DNA of 64,000 nt, from the IMG/VR virus record IMGVR_UViG_3300025073_000001; one strand, written 5' to 3'. Shown piece by piece: positions 28,209-36,382 of the stretch. The notes beneath the pieces are model-generated. The model was given only the letters and a program-made list of their open reading frames with translations. It had not been told where the DNA came from and ran no database searches. A program made the position numbers and the translations under genes. How positions within the stretch are numbered: the stretch's first letter is position 1; every line of letters begins with the position of its first letter. The stretch comes from a virus (taxonomy: Duplodnaviria > Heunggongvirae > Uroviricota > Caudoviricetes).

Positions 28209-28533
28209 AAACCGTGATTGTTTTTTCAACTGGGTGAACTTGAGATAATTCTTCAAACTGACATCCATCGTAACTTTCTAACCAGCCAGTAAATCTGATA
28301 AAAACATCATGTTCGATGAAATGATAAACTCTGAAAACTTTGACAGATGAATAATAACTGTCAGATTCAAATCCACCGGATTCAACTTTTTTAATTGTTC
28401 CAAGTGTCAAGGTATAATCTTCGGTTGAATCGACTAAATTTTCATCATCAACATCTAATCCAATGATGAAATCATCTCCCCATTCTTTTTGCTTGATTAA
28501 ATCAGAAATTTGATTGAAGGTAAGTCTTTCCAT
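28201..28533 (-). CDS. paralog family C
   Basis: ...VFRVYHFIEHDVFIRFTGWLESYDGCQFEELSQVHPVEKTITVYE. Confidence 0.45.
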   Translation of the reverse strand: MERLTFNQISDLIKQKEWGDDFIIGLDVDDENLVDSTEDYTLTLGTIKKVESGGFESDSYYSSVKVFRVYHFIEHDVFIRFTGWLESYDGCQFEELSQVHPVEKTITVYE

Positions 28534-29329
28534 AATCTTCGTCGTAATTTAGAAAAAAGTTTAAATTGTTAATTATGTAAATGATCATCCATAAAGGAGC
28601 AAGTCTATCGACCAATCCCTTTAGGCATTTTTGATAAGCAATTTTCTTGTTCTTGATTATTCCAGTTAAAATGAACCTTTCCAACGCTAATGTCTGTGCT
28701 TCTTCAATCACAACCCTTTGACGAATATGTTCTGAAACCGAATTAAACTTTTCTGGATCAACCCAAACAGTTGTCTGGGCAGGTTCTTGGAGAAATTTAA
28801 AAGCAGGAACGTCATAATATTTAACCGCTTCATGCAATTCATCGTGAACGTTTTCGCGACTTACGGCATCATCAAAGAATTCAGATGATTCTTTTGTAAA
28901 ATCTGCTCTCCATTTCTCTCCAAACTTCTCAGTCCAAGAATCATGCAATTCATAGAATAAAGGTTCAATAATTTTACAACCTTCCTCAGCCATTAAAAAT
29001 AAATCAAAGAAAGTTTTATCCTTGTGAACTTTATCAAATGGAACGTGAGATGCTTTCAAGGTGAAATAAATGTTTCTAAGAAATGATTGAGTTGGAAAAC
29101 CTAGTTCACTTCTACGTATTGGACCTTCTATTATTTTCCACAAAATTGGAATCCAATGCAATTCAGTCTTTGAACCATATAATTCCTTGAAATATTTTAC
29201 ATCTTCTGGAGTTGGTTCGTTTTCAACCAAGACATCATAATCAGTATTATCTTTCAAACGTTTTTGAATCTTGCAATTATCAGGGAATAATTTCACGAAT
29301 AACCTGGATCCAATTAGAAAATGTTGCAT
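28502..29329 (-). CDS. possible Pol-beta-superfamily nucleotidyltransferase-like protein
   Basis: IGSRLFVKLFPDNCKIQKRLKDNTDYDVLV fits hG[GS]...DxD NTase signature; weak. Confidence 0.3.
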   Translation of the reverse strand: MQHFLIGSRLFVKLFPDNCKIQKRLKDNTDYDVLVENEPTPEDVKYFKELYGSKTELHWIPILWKIIEGPIRRSELGFPTQSFLRNIYFTLKASHVPFDKVHKDKTFFDLFLMAEEGCKIIEPLFYELHDSWTEKFGEKWRADFTKESSEFFDDAVSRENVHDELHEAVKYYDVPAFKFLQEPAQTTVWVDPEKFNSVSEHIRQRVVIEEAQTLALERFILTGIIKNKKIAYQKCLKGLVDRLAPLWMIIYIINNLNFFLNYDEDYGKTYLQSNF

Positions 29330-29346
29330 AAATTAGATTTAAATTG

Positions 29347-29431
29347 ATCCGGATAAGCGATTCAAACGCTTGATGGGCAAAATGCCGATAGATTACAAAT
29401 CTATTTCCTTCGATCACTCGGACAATCCGGA
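29347..29431 (-). tRNA. class-II-shaped tRNA (85 nt, long variable arm) with anticodon loop TTTGTAA (UGU)
   Basis: acceptor TCCGGAT/ATCCGGA, U8-G9, D 3-bp stem + 11-nt loop, AC arm ATAGA-TTTGTAA-TCTAT, variable arm GGCA-TTT-TGCC, T-arm AAGCG-TTTGAAT-CGCTT. Confidence 0.5.
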
Positions 29432-29440
29432 ATAAAATTG

Positions 29441-29514
29441 TAGCCCACATAGGATTCAAACCTACATCTTCAGAATCCGAAGTTCTGTGCCTTATTCAGT
29501 TAGACCAATGGGCC
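29441..29514 (-). tRNA. tRNA-Arg (anticodon UCG)
   Basis: acceptor GGCCCAT/GTGGGCT, AC arm CAGAA-CTTCGGA-TTCTG, T-arm GTAGG-TTTGAAT-CCTAT, D-loop without GG. Confidence 0.55.
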
Positions 29515-29538
29515 AAAATAAGATTAAAAATAATACTG

Positions 29539-29613
29539 CGCCTCCTGAAAGATTCGAACTTCCAACCCCAAAGTTAACAACTTTTCGCTCTATCCGGTTA
29601 TAGCTAAGGAGGC
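29539..29613 (-). tRNA. tRNA-Asn (anticodon GUU)
   Basis: acceptor GCCTCCT/AGGAGGC, AC loop TTGTTAA, T-arm GGAAG-TTCGAAT-CTTTC. Confidence 0.55.
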
Positions 29614-29712
29614 AATTTAAACTGTCTATTTCATTGGTTAATCTCCCGTTGACTCTCTGCGAAATAGACAATAATCGAACAGATAACATTTAGAGATTTT
29701 CCTTTACAATTG

Positions 29713-29786
29713 TACGGGATATCGGGATCGAACCGATTCTATTTCAGAGTGGAAATCTGATACACCACCATTTATGCGTATCCCGC
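29713..29786 (-). tRNA. tRNA-Gly (anticodon UCC)
   Basis: acceptor GCGGGAT/ATCCCGT, AC arm TCAGA-TTTCCAC-TCTGA, T-arm ATCGG-TTCGATC-CCGAT. Confidence 0.55.
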
Positions 29787-29793
29787 GATTATT

Positions 29794-30114
29794 CTATTCA
29801 ATTCCCCATCGTTTCTTCGTTGCTTCGTAATCAACAATGGTTATTTCATCAACTGCTTTCAACAACTCTTCATCATCTAATGCGTCTTTTAATTTATAAC
29901 CTTTCATTGGTTGAATTTGAAAGCAATAGCCATCACCACTAGCATATATCTCTCTATTCTGAACAACCTCTCTTTTATTCGCAATATAGTCTTCAAAACT
30001 TTCACCAATGTCATCACTGACGTTATCTAGACATTCTGCAATTGAATCATAAATTCCAGTTTCACCAATTTCTCCACCCTTGTAATCGTGACAAGTGACT
30101 AATAAATATTTCAT
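29794..30114 (-). CDS. hypothetical protein
   Basis: 106-aa ORF. Confidence 0.4.
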   Translation of the reverse strand: MKYLLVTCHDYKGGEIGETGIYDSIAECLDNVSDDIGESFEDYIANKREVVQNREIYASGDGYCFQIQPMKGYKLKDALDDEELLKAVDEITIVDYEATKKRWGIE

Positions 30115-30130
30115 AAATTACGTTGTTTTG

Positions 30131-30203
30131 TAGACCTGGAGGAACTCGAATCCCCAACTTTCACCTTAGAACGATGAATTTCTTCCAATTGAATTACAGG
30201 TCC
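30131..30203 (-). tRNA. tRNA-Arg (anticodon UCU)
   Basis: acceptor GGACCTG/CAGGTCT, AC arm TCATC-GTTCTAA-GGTGA, T-arm GGGGA-TTCGAGT-TCCTC. Confidence 0.55.
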
Positions 30204-30210
30204 AATTAAT

Positions 30211-31080
30211 TTAAAATTTCATTTTTCTTCCTTTAATCCATCCTTCTAATAAAAATGAATCAAGTTCTTCTTTCTTTATCTTTTTGTTTTTAAAGTCATT
30301 ATGAATCCAACAAGAACCATATTGAGAATTACCTTCTCCTTTCTGATGAATTTTACTCGCATCGCTTATTCTTTTTTTAGATATGTTTGAGTGAGTCTTT
30401 CCACTAAACATATTAAATAATTCTCCAGATTTTAACCTATGATCATGAATACTTATGTGATAATATTTTCCATGAACATCAACCGCAGTCATTTTATTAG
30501 AATTAATATGTCTTATATCTCCATTTAAAAGTCTGGGGTCATCAATAAAGCACATAAATGTCTTTCCTTGATTATCAATTACTGTGCATTTTCCTTTACA
30601 AGTGTGGGTCAATTCTCCAGAAATCCATCTTGGATCATCAACTGAAATTCTTTGGATATTTCCTTCTTCATCCTTAACTGTCACCTTTCCAACATTTATG
30701 CCAACTAATTCACCACTTAACCAACGTTCATCTGTTTTATGAACTCTGAAACAATTACCTTCGGAATCTTTAACTGAAATTGAATCAATAGTTAACCATC
30801 CTTCTCCACCCAATTTAATGTTATAAACATCTTTTCTTGCAATGAATTTTCTATCAACTAATTCAGATTCTTTAAGAATCATCTCTTCTGCATTATCAAA
30901 ATCAAATAGTATTTCTTTAACGAAATTTTCTATTCCATGCTTTTTAATTGCAACCTTCAAATAACTTCCAGATCCCATATAACCATCATCAACATTTTCA
31001 GTTGAGTGAATTCCTATGTAAATCTTTTGATTGATTAAATTTGTAATTTGATAAACTAAATAATGTCTTTTCTTTTTCAA
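30211..31080 (-). mobile_element. GIY-YIG homing endonuclease (Seg-like) inside tRNA island
   Basis: YLVYQITNLINQKIYIGIHST...YMGSG; NUMOD3-like NMFSGKTHSNISKKRISDA; repeated beta-hairpin DNA-binding-like units. Confidence 0.6.
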
Positions 31081-31221
31081 GTTCGTAACTCCTTATATTT
31101 TCATATAAGTATCGAACTTTTAGAATTTTCACTATCTATTCCGGCCTCGAACCGAACTCTTCCGGGTTTCAACCGGACGCATCTTACCAAAGTGTTGCTT
31201 AAAGGACTTAATTTAATTCTG

Positions 31222-31308
31222 TGAGAGCAGTTGGAATTGAACCAACAACGGCTTATTAGGCTACGATTTTACAGAACGCTTCAACCAACCAATAGTTGAC
31301 TTACTCCC
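31222..31308 (-). tRNA. tRNA-Tyr (anticodon GUA), class II
   Basis: acceptor GGGAGTA/TGCTCTC, D TCAA...TTGA, AC loop CTGTAAA, long variable arm, T-arm GTTGG-TTCAATT-CCAAC. Confidence 0.55.
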
Positions 31309-31504
31309 TTGATTTAGTTTGATTCTTCTATCAATTTAGAACATACTAACAAACAAGAACCAACTCCGTCATTTCTTTAACTCAGTAATTTAAAGGATAT
31401 AATTTGCTCCCCTACTTTATTACACGATCCAAATACGCCTTTGGAAGGCTTTCGTCTTTATTACGGGCAAATACGACAGGGCGCTTTTTCTTCCCTTAAT
31501 TACA

Positions 31505-31542
31505 CTACAAAGATAAGTATTGTTTTTCAATTTAACAAATAA
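31505..31542 (-). promoter_or_regulatory. sigma-A-like promoter module (TTTGTTAAATTG...TTATCTTTGTAGTGTAATTAAG)
   Basis: TTTG-N20-TAnnTTTG; one of three paralogous modules in tRNA island. Confidence 0.4.
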
Positions 31543-31573
31543 TTATCCAAGTTTTTTCAAAATAAATTTTACC

Positions 31574-32386
31574 TTACTGTTGATTGACGATTACTGGAGT
31601 CTTTCCGTCAGTAATGATCACCTTATTATCAGTATTCCGAATTGCATCAATCCATTTATCTTGCAAAATTTCCTTCGTTAAACCTTGAGTTTTGACCAAG
31701 TCCTTTTCCCGATAAATCTTCGCTTTCTCTAATTCCATCCTTGCAATTTCCAATTCATTCTTGGCTTGTTCTGCTTGTTGAATCGTATTGTTTCTATTTT
31801 CAATCGCCTTAATCATTGATTCTGGAGGACGAAGTCCTGATCGCAAAGTCATCAGATTGAAGAACTTTCCAGTAAATGCAGTCTTCAAACGTGCTTCAAC
31901 AGCAAGTTCATATTTAGCAACATTCTTCAAAAGTTCGTCAGTTGCAAATTTCCTCGCTTCTTCTTGATATGCATCTAAAACTAATTGGTTCAAAATATTA
32001 GATTCAATGTTATCCATGAAACCTGAAACGTCTGCCGGATTAACGTGCTTGTAATTAAAAATAATTTCTGGACCTTTTCCTCGAATTGCTTCATAAGCAT
32101 ACGTCGGATCAACTTTATAATAACCTCCATCATTTGTGGTTACACCCAATTCTGGAGCATCCGCCTTTTGCTCATACATTGGCACTTGGTACAACTCACT
32201 ACACGGACCAAGTGGACCTTGACTTCCAGTTACAATTTTGAAATCCGACAATCCATTCTTGCCGCAATTTTCCATTAGAACCCCTTCAAAATTAGGTTCC
32301 GGACGATTGCAGCCAGTGCAACCAGTTTGTGAAAATTGATAAATGCCCAATAGGGCGAAGAAAATAAAGAACTTAATGTGTTTCAT
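31574..32386 (-). CDS. secreted lipoprotein with SPFH/band-7-like C-terminal region
   Basis: signal peptide MKHIKFFIFFALLGIYQFSQTGC; coiled region resembling prohibitin/HflC. Confidence 0.35.
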   Translation of the reverse strand: MKHIKFFIFFALLGIYQFSQTGCTGCNRPEPNFEGVLMENCGKNGLSDFKIVTGSQGPLGPCSELYQVPMYEQKADAPELGVTTNDGGYYKVDPTYAYEAIRGKGPEIIFNYKHVNPADVSGFMDNIESNILNQLVLDAYQEEARKFATDELLKNVAKYELAVEARLKTAFTGKFFNLMTLRSGLRPPESMIKAIENRNNTIQQAEQAKNELEIARMELEKAKIYREKDLVKTQGLTKEILQDKWIDAIRNTDNKVIITDGKTPVIVNQQ

Positions 32387-32593
32387 TTTGAAAATGATTT
32401 TAGTTTGCCCAAAGGGCTTTAAGTGTTAAAAATGTATCGACAATATCTGTAATATCCATATAATGATAGTGGAAGTGTCAGATAAGTCAATTGGAAGATT
32501 TTTGATTGATATAAATAGATATTACCTAGATAAATCAAAAATGCCAACAAAGGCAGTGAAAGATATTTTAATTCGTTTCTCATGTTTTAAAAT

Positions 32594-32893
32594 TTAATTT
32601 ATCGCAACTCTGTCAAAGACGATTTTAGTTCTGGTGATATCAGGTCTTTGACTCAGATAAAATATCTGATCTTTATCAACATCCAAAAACACGGGCCAAA
32701 CTTGTCTGAATGGATCTCTAAACTTTGCGAGAGATTTTTCACAATTACAAGATTCAATTCGATAATCTTTAATCGAATCGGGTGCAAAGTGATTGGCGAA
32801 AATGCCCTGATTTTTAACTATTTCAGGTCTGGATTGCTGTCCAAATGAATTGAACGATACGAACGTTAAAAAAAGAATCGCAATTAATTTCAT
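32594..32893 (-). CDS. small secreted protein (start trimmed to MKLIAILFLTF)
   Basis: signal peptide ...FNSFGQQ; longer ORF would overlap tRNA-Leu. Confidence 0.4.
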   Translation of the reverse strand: MKLIAILFLTFVSFNSFGQQSRPEIVKNQGIFANHFAPDSIKDYRIESCNCEKSLAKFRDPFRQVWPVFLDVDKDQIFYLSQRPDITRTKIVFDRVAIN

Positions 32894-32908
32894 ATTAAAG
32901 AATTTTAG

Positions 32909-32990
32909 TAGTCCGAAAGAGATTTGAACTCTTAATCCCGAAGGCAACGCGGTTTAAGCACGTCATGTATTCCATTTCCATCACCGGACC
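32909..32990 (-). tRNA. tRNA-Leu (anticodon UAA), class II
   Basis: acceptor GGTCCGG/TCGGACT, U8G9, AC arm ACGTG-CTTAAAC-CGCGT, variable arm CC-TTCG-GG, T-arm AAGAG-TTCAAAT-CTCTT. Confidence 0.6.
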
Positions 32991-33002
32991 AAATTAAAAA
33001 TG

Positions 33003-33077
33003 TGAATCACCTCCGACTCGAACGGAGAAAACTAGACTTTCTAAAAATCTAAGGTCTACCAATTGCCTCAGTGATCC
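33003..33077 (-). tRNA. tRNA with anticodon UAG (Leu-type) but class-I length (short variable region)
   Basis: acceptor GGATCAC/GTGATTC, D 3-bp stem + long loop, AC arm AGATT-TTTAGAA-AGTCT, T-arm CTCCG-TTCGAGT-CGGAG. Confidence 0.45.
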
Positions 33078-33360
33078 AAATTTTATCTTTCTCCTTCTAA
33101 GAAATCATACATCAAAAGACAAGGCCGATCAATGGAATGAAATCTTTGAATTTAATGGCAATCAATCTATCTTCAAATAAAGAGATCAATAACCAAACTG
33201 CAATCAAAGTTGAATAACCGTCAATGAGGAAATTCATAATTTTTATTTTAAATTTTATCAGGTTTATTCTATATTCGAGAAGTACGGAACTTATCCTGAA
33301 TTATTCCTTCACGCTTTCGACGTTATATCGGAACTCAAGTTTTTACTTACTGGTGGATTC

Positions 33361-33440
33361 TATGAGCATCAAACTCATCTGTTTTTCCTCTGTGCAAGAG
33401 AGGTGACCACATCAAGCAGTCCCAGAACCCAGATTAATTG
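33361..33440 (-). tRNA. tRNA-Ala (anticodon UGC) with encoded 3' CCA; atypical T-loop TTTGATG
   Basis: acceptor GGGTTCT/AGAATCC + A + CCA; AC arm CCTCT-CTTGCAC-AGAGG; T-arm ATGAG-TTTGATG-CTCAT. Confidence 0.45.
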
Positions 33441-33632
33441 CATTTAATTTATTCTTGATATAATCCAATTCCCCAATCTATTTAAAAAAATCAGTCAGGA
33501 ATCAAACCTGAATTACGCCAACCTTGGATTGGCTGCAACGACCTGGAGTCGCTTCAATATCTGTATTTCAAATCCTCGCCGCCAAGATTGCAATAACTTA
33601 GAAGCCAATTCTCTGAAAAGACGTATCTGATT

Positions 33633-33866
33633 TTATCTTATGAGATAATCTGAATATTCAGTTTTTGCTAGAACTGATTTGACAAATCCTCTGTAACTTT
33701 CCGAATCTTTATCCGGAACAAATTTTTTATTTTCATCTAACTTGGCTCCATAGTGATAGATATTTTCATATCGCTGCGTTCCTTTATGGATCAAATTATA
33801 AATGATGTGAAACCAAATCCTTGGATTCTTTTCGATTTCCACCTTTAATTTATGAAGTTTGCTCAT
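33633..33866 (-). CDS. hypothetical protein
   Basis: 77-aa ORF. Confidence 0.35.
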   Translation of the reverse strand: MSKLHKLKVEIEKNPRIWFHIIYNLIHKGTQRYENIYHYGAKLDENKKFVPDKDSESYRGFVKSVLAKTEYSDYLIR

Positions 33867-34099
33867 TTCAAATCTCGATGAGGATCATTAATATGAACTC
33901 CACTGAATATCAACCCCATACCAAATACAACCGCTAAAATAAAGCAACCCTGCACCCATATTCCTTCTGTGAAGGATCCACCAATTATACAGACTGCTGT
34001 CAACACTGATAACGCTCCATTTCCCTTGGCTTCACCTTCATTGTGATAATCAACGTATCGATTATATCTTTTTCGTTCTTTGTTCGTGAACTTTTGCAT
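33863..34099 (-). CDS. small membrane protein
   Basis: 78 aa, two hydrophobic helices. Confidence 0.35.
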   Translation of the reverse strand: MQKFTNKERKRYNRYVDYHNEGEAKGNGALSVLTAVCIIGGSFTEGIWVQGCFILAVVFGMGLIFSGVHINDPHRDLK

Positions 34100-34326
34100 A
34101 ATTGTTATTTTTGTTCAACAAAGATAAAATCTTTATTTCAGATTACCAAATTATTTTAATAAAAAAATTCTCCAAAGCAAAGATTCGAACTTTGATCGCC
34201 CAATTACGTCAGGTTGTTATGAGCAAAGTGGTTGTGGCGTTGAACCTGAAACTTGACTATTCTATTCATCAAGCCTATCCTTATTCGCTTATGTCCACAC
34301 TCCCGTCTACCAATTCCGGCACGATG

Positions 34327-34399
34327 GAGAATTTAGAGTGATAGGTGGAATTCGAATCCACGACCTTCGGAACCACAAACCGACGCTCTAACCAACTGA
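34327..34399 (-). tRNA. tRNA-His (anticodon GUG)
   Basis: acceptor GTGATTG/CTATCAC, canonical D-arm GCTCAGTTGGTTAGAGC, AC loop TTGTGGT, T-arm GTGGA-TTCGAAT-TCCAC. Confidence 0.55.
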
Positions 34400-34401
34400 G
34401 C

Positions 34402-34492
34402 TACAATCACGGAAGAAGGTGTGAGATTCGAACTCACGGAACGGAATGATTACCGTCCTCTGGTTTTCAAGACCAGCGCCATCGCCCACTCG
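34402..34492 (-). tRNA. tRNA-Ser (anticodon UGA), class II
   Basis: acceptor GGAAGGT/ACCTTCT, U8G9, AC arm CTGGT-CTTGAAA-ACCAG, variable arm ACGG...CCGT, T-arm GTGAG-TTCGAAT-CTCAC. Confidence 0.6.
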
Positions 34493-34797
34493 GCCAACCT
34501 TCCGTGTGCGGCACTTTCTCCGCCCGTCACCATTATCATTTCTTTGCAAATTTCGGCTGACTTATTGGTTACGCCACCGTTTTTTAAATCAATCCTGTCC
34601 AGTTTCAGTCTGGAATTAAGACTCTGTGTCGGTGATTACACTGTCTCAGACACTAGGCTCCGTTTCTTAGTCACCTTTCCGATAGAACCAAATGCCAACA
34701 AATCTTTTCCATAAACAACGATGCTGAAACATCTGGCTTATTCCTTGAAAGGTCTTTCGCATTTCGCCTGTTTACTTCAAAGCAGGATTAAAAATTT

Positions 34798-34870
34798 GTA
34801 GTGCTGAGCGGTTACGATCCGCCGTCTCCGAGTTGAAAGCCCGGTATTCTAACCAATTAAAATACAGCAC
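34798..34870 (-). tRNA. tRNA-Glu (anticodon UUC); T-loop ATCGTAA atypical
   Basis: acceptor GGTGCTG/CAGCACT, D-loop AATTGGTTAG, AC arm CCGGG-CTTTCAA-CTCGG, T-stem GGCGG/CCGCT. Confidence 0.5.
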
Positions 34871-35035
34871 CAAAATATATTCTAAAACAAGTGGAGGGCA
34901 ATTCATCAGTCAAACGTGAAGTTTTGCAACGTTCTTCTATCTCCCTGTGACGTTTTATCCGTCCCTATTGACGGAGGATAAGATTTGACTTCAACTCTGC
35001 CCTGGAGGAAATTTTAATTTCCCCGTACACACTGT

Positions 35036-35230
35036 CTAACGTTCTCTTTCCTTCAAGTTCAGATAAATGAGATAAATTAATTCTACCCACAACAAACTCA
35101 ACATTCCTGTTCCAACTGTTACTGACTTGTTGAAGTTAAATGATAAATATCCAGTTAAGAATAAAAACACAATTACTTCATAAGTCAGCCAAGTATTCAA
35201 TCTTCCAATTCTTTCTTTCAATGTTCTCAT
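35036..35230 (-). CDS. small membrane protein
   Basis: 64 aa, hydrophobic. Confidence 0.3.
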   Translation of the reverse strand: MRTLKERIGRLNTWLTYEVIVFLFLTGYLSFNFNKSVTVGTGMLSLLWVELIYLIYLNLKERER

Positions 35231-35632
35231 TAACCAAACATTTCAGCGAACTTCTTGATTCTTTTCTTTGGAACTGAATAAAGTTCAATTCCGCAAATCA
35301 ATTTGATTCGCTTCTTAATCTTAATGATTTTTGACTTTTTCATATCAATAACCAAAGTTTAAATTGTGGATCAACTGGGATTTGAACCCAATTATTATAT
35401 GACCTCTCGAGACTAAATTCTGTTTTCCAGAAATCCTAATCTATCAAAGTAATATTATTTCTTTGAATCATTGATTAGGTTTTGTTTTAGATCATATTCA
35501 CTACCAAAGTTGACCCAAAATGTAATTTCGAGGCGTTTTTCTCTTCGTTTAAACTATTTCTTCGCATTACACGAAGTAAAGGATTCCCACCTTCCTAAAC
35601 CCGTTTCCAGGTTCTTGTTCCTCTTAATTACC

Positions 35633-35668
35633 TTACAAAGATAAAACCTTAATTTCAATCTGCCAAAT
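35633..35668 (-). promoter_or_regulatory. sigma-A-like promoter module (TTTGGCAGATTG...TTATCTTTGTAAGGTAATTAAG)
   Basis: TTTG-N20-TAnnTTTG; paralog of 31505 and 35856 modules. Confidence 0.4.
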
Positions 35669-35855
35669 GATTTTTGACTTTTTCATTTACTTGAATTTAA
35701 ACTGCAATTAAGTAAGGTCTGAGTCGTTTCCGTTAAACCCGAATTGCTATCTCCCTGCGGGATCATCTCAGAAGTAACTTTGTCTTACCAGTATTAATTC
35801 GAACGGGACAAAGAAATGATTGAACATTTGTTTCCTACTTCCTTCCTTAATTACA

Positions 35856-35891
35856 CTACAAAGTTATAACCTTAATTTGAATTTACCAAAT
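35856..35891 (-). promoter_or_regulatory. sigma-A-like promoter module (TTTGGTAAATTC...TATAACTTTGTAGTGTAATTAAG)
   Basis: TTTG-N20-TAnnTTTG; paralog of 31505 and 35633 modules. Confidence 0.4.
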
Positions 35892-36343
35892 TAATTTGGA
35901 AGTTTTTTAAAAGTTTTTTTCTGAGTGAATAATTGTTGTCTGAACCGAACCTGAACTTGAACGTCTTTAAATCCAGTATCAAGGACGATTGCCAATCTTT
36001 TCTGCCATTGAATCTCGAACGAGAAAGGAGAGTTATAGCCAATTGGATCTAAATTCATGTTCAAATAAGGCATATAAACCCAAAACCCTAAATCTTCCTC
36101 TTTCCAATTCAATGCTCTGATGCCTAATTTCGCATTTAATCGCGACTCTGTTAACTTGAAATCCGTTAGGTAAGTTAGTTGTAACTTGACCCATGATGAC
36201 CGTTGCTCAAATTGAACAAATACGTTTGAGGTGAGATCTGAGTTGACCGAAGTTCCAAGATACAGTGAATTTTCAAGTGGGTAACCTTTCTGAGAAAATC
36301 CAAGGAATGGGATTAAAAGAAAAATAAATATCAATGATTTCAT
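35891..36343 (-). CDS. secreted hypothetical protein
   Basis: signal peptide MKSLIFIFLLIPFLGFSQ (Bacteroidota-like). Confidence 0.45.
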   Translation of the reverse strand: MKSLIFIFLLIPFLGFSQKGYPLENSLYLGTSVNSDLTSNVFVQFEQRSSWVKLQLTYLTDFKLTESRLNAKLGIRALNWKEEDLGFWVYMPYLNMNLDPIGYNSPFSFEIQWQKRLAIVLDTGFKDVQVQVRFRQQLFTQKKTFKKLPN

Positions 36344-36382
36344 TTTAAAATCCTCCTTAAATAATTATCAGAAAATTTATAA

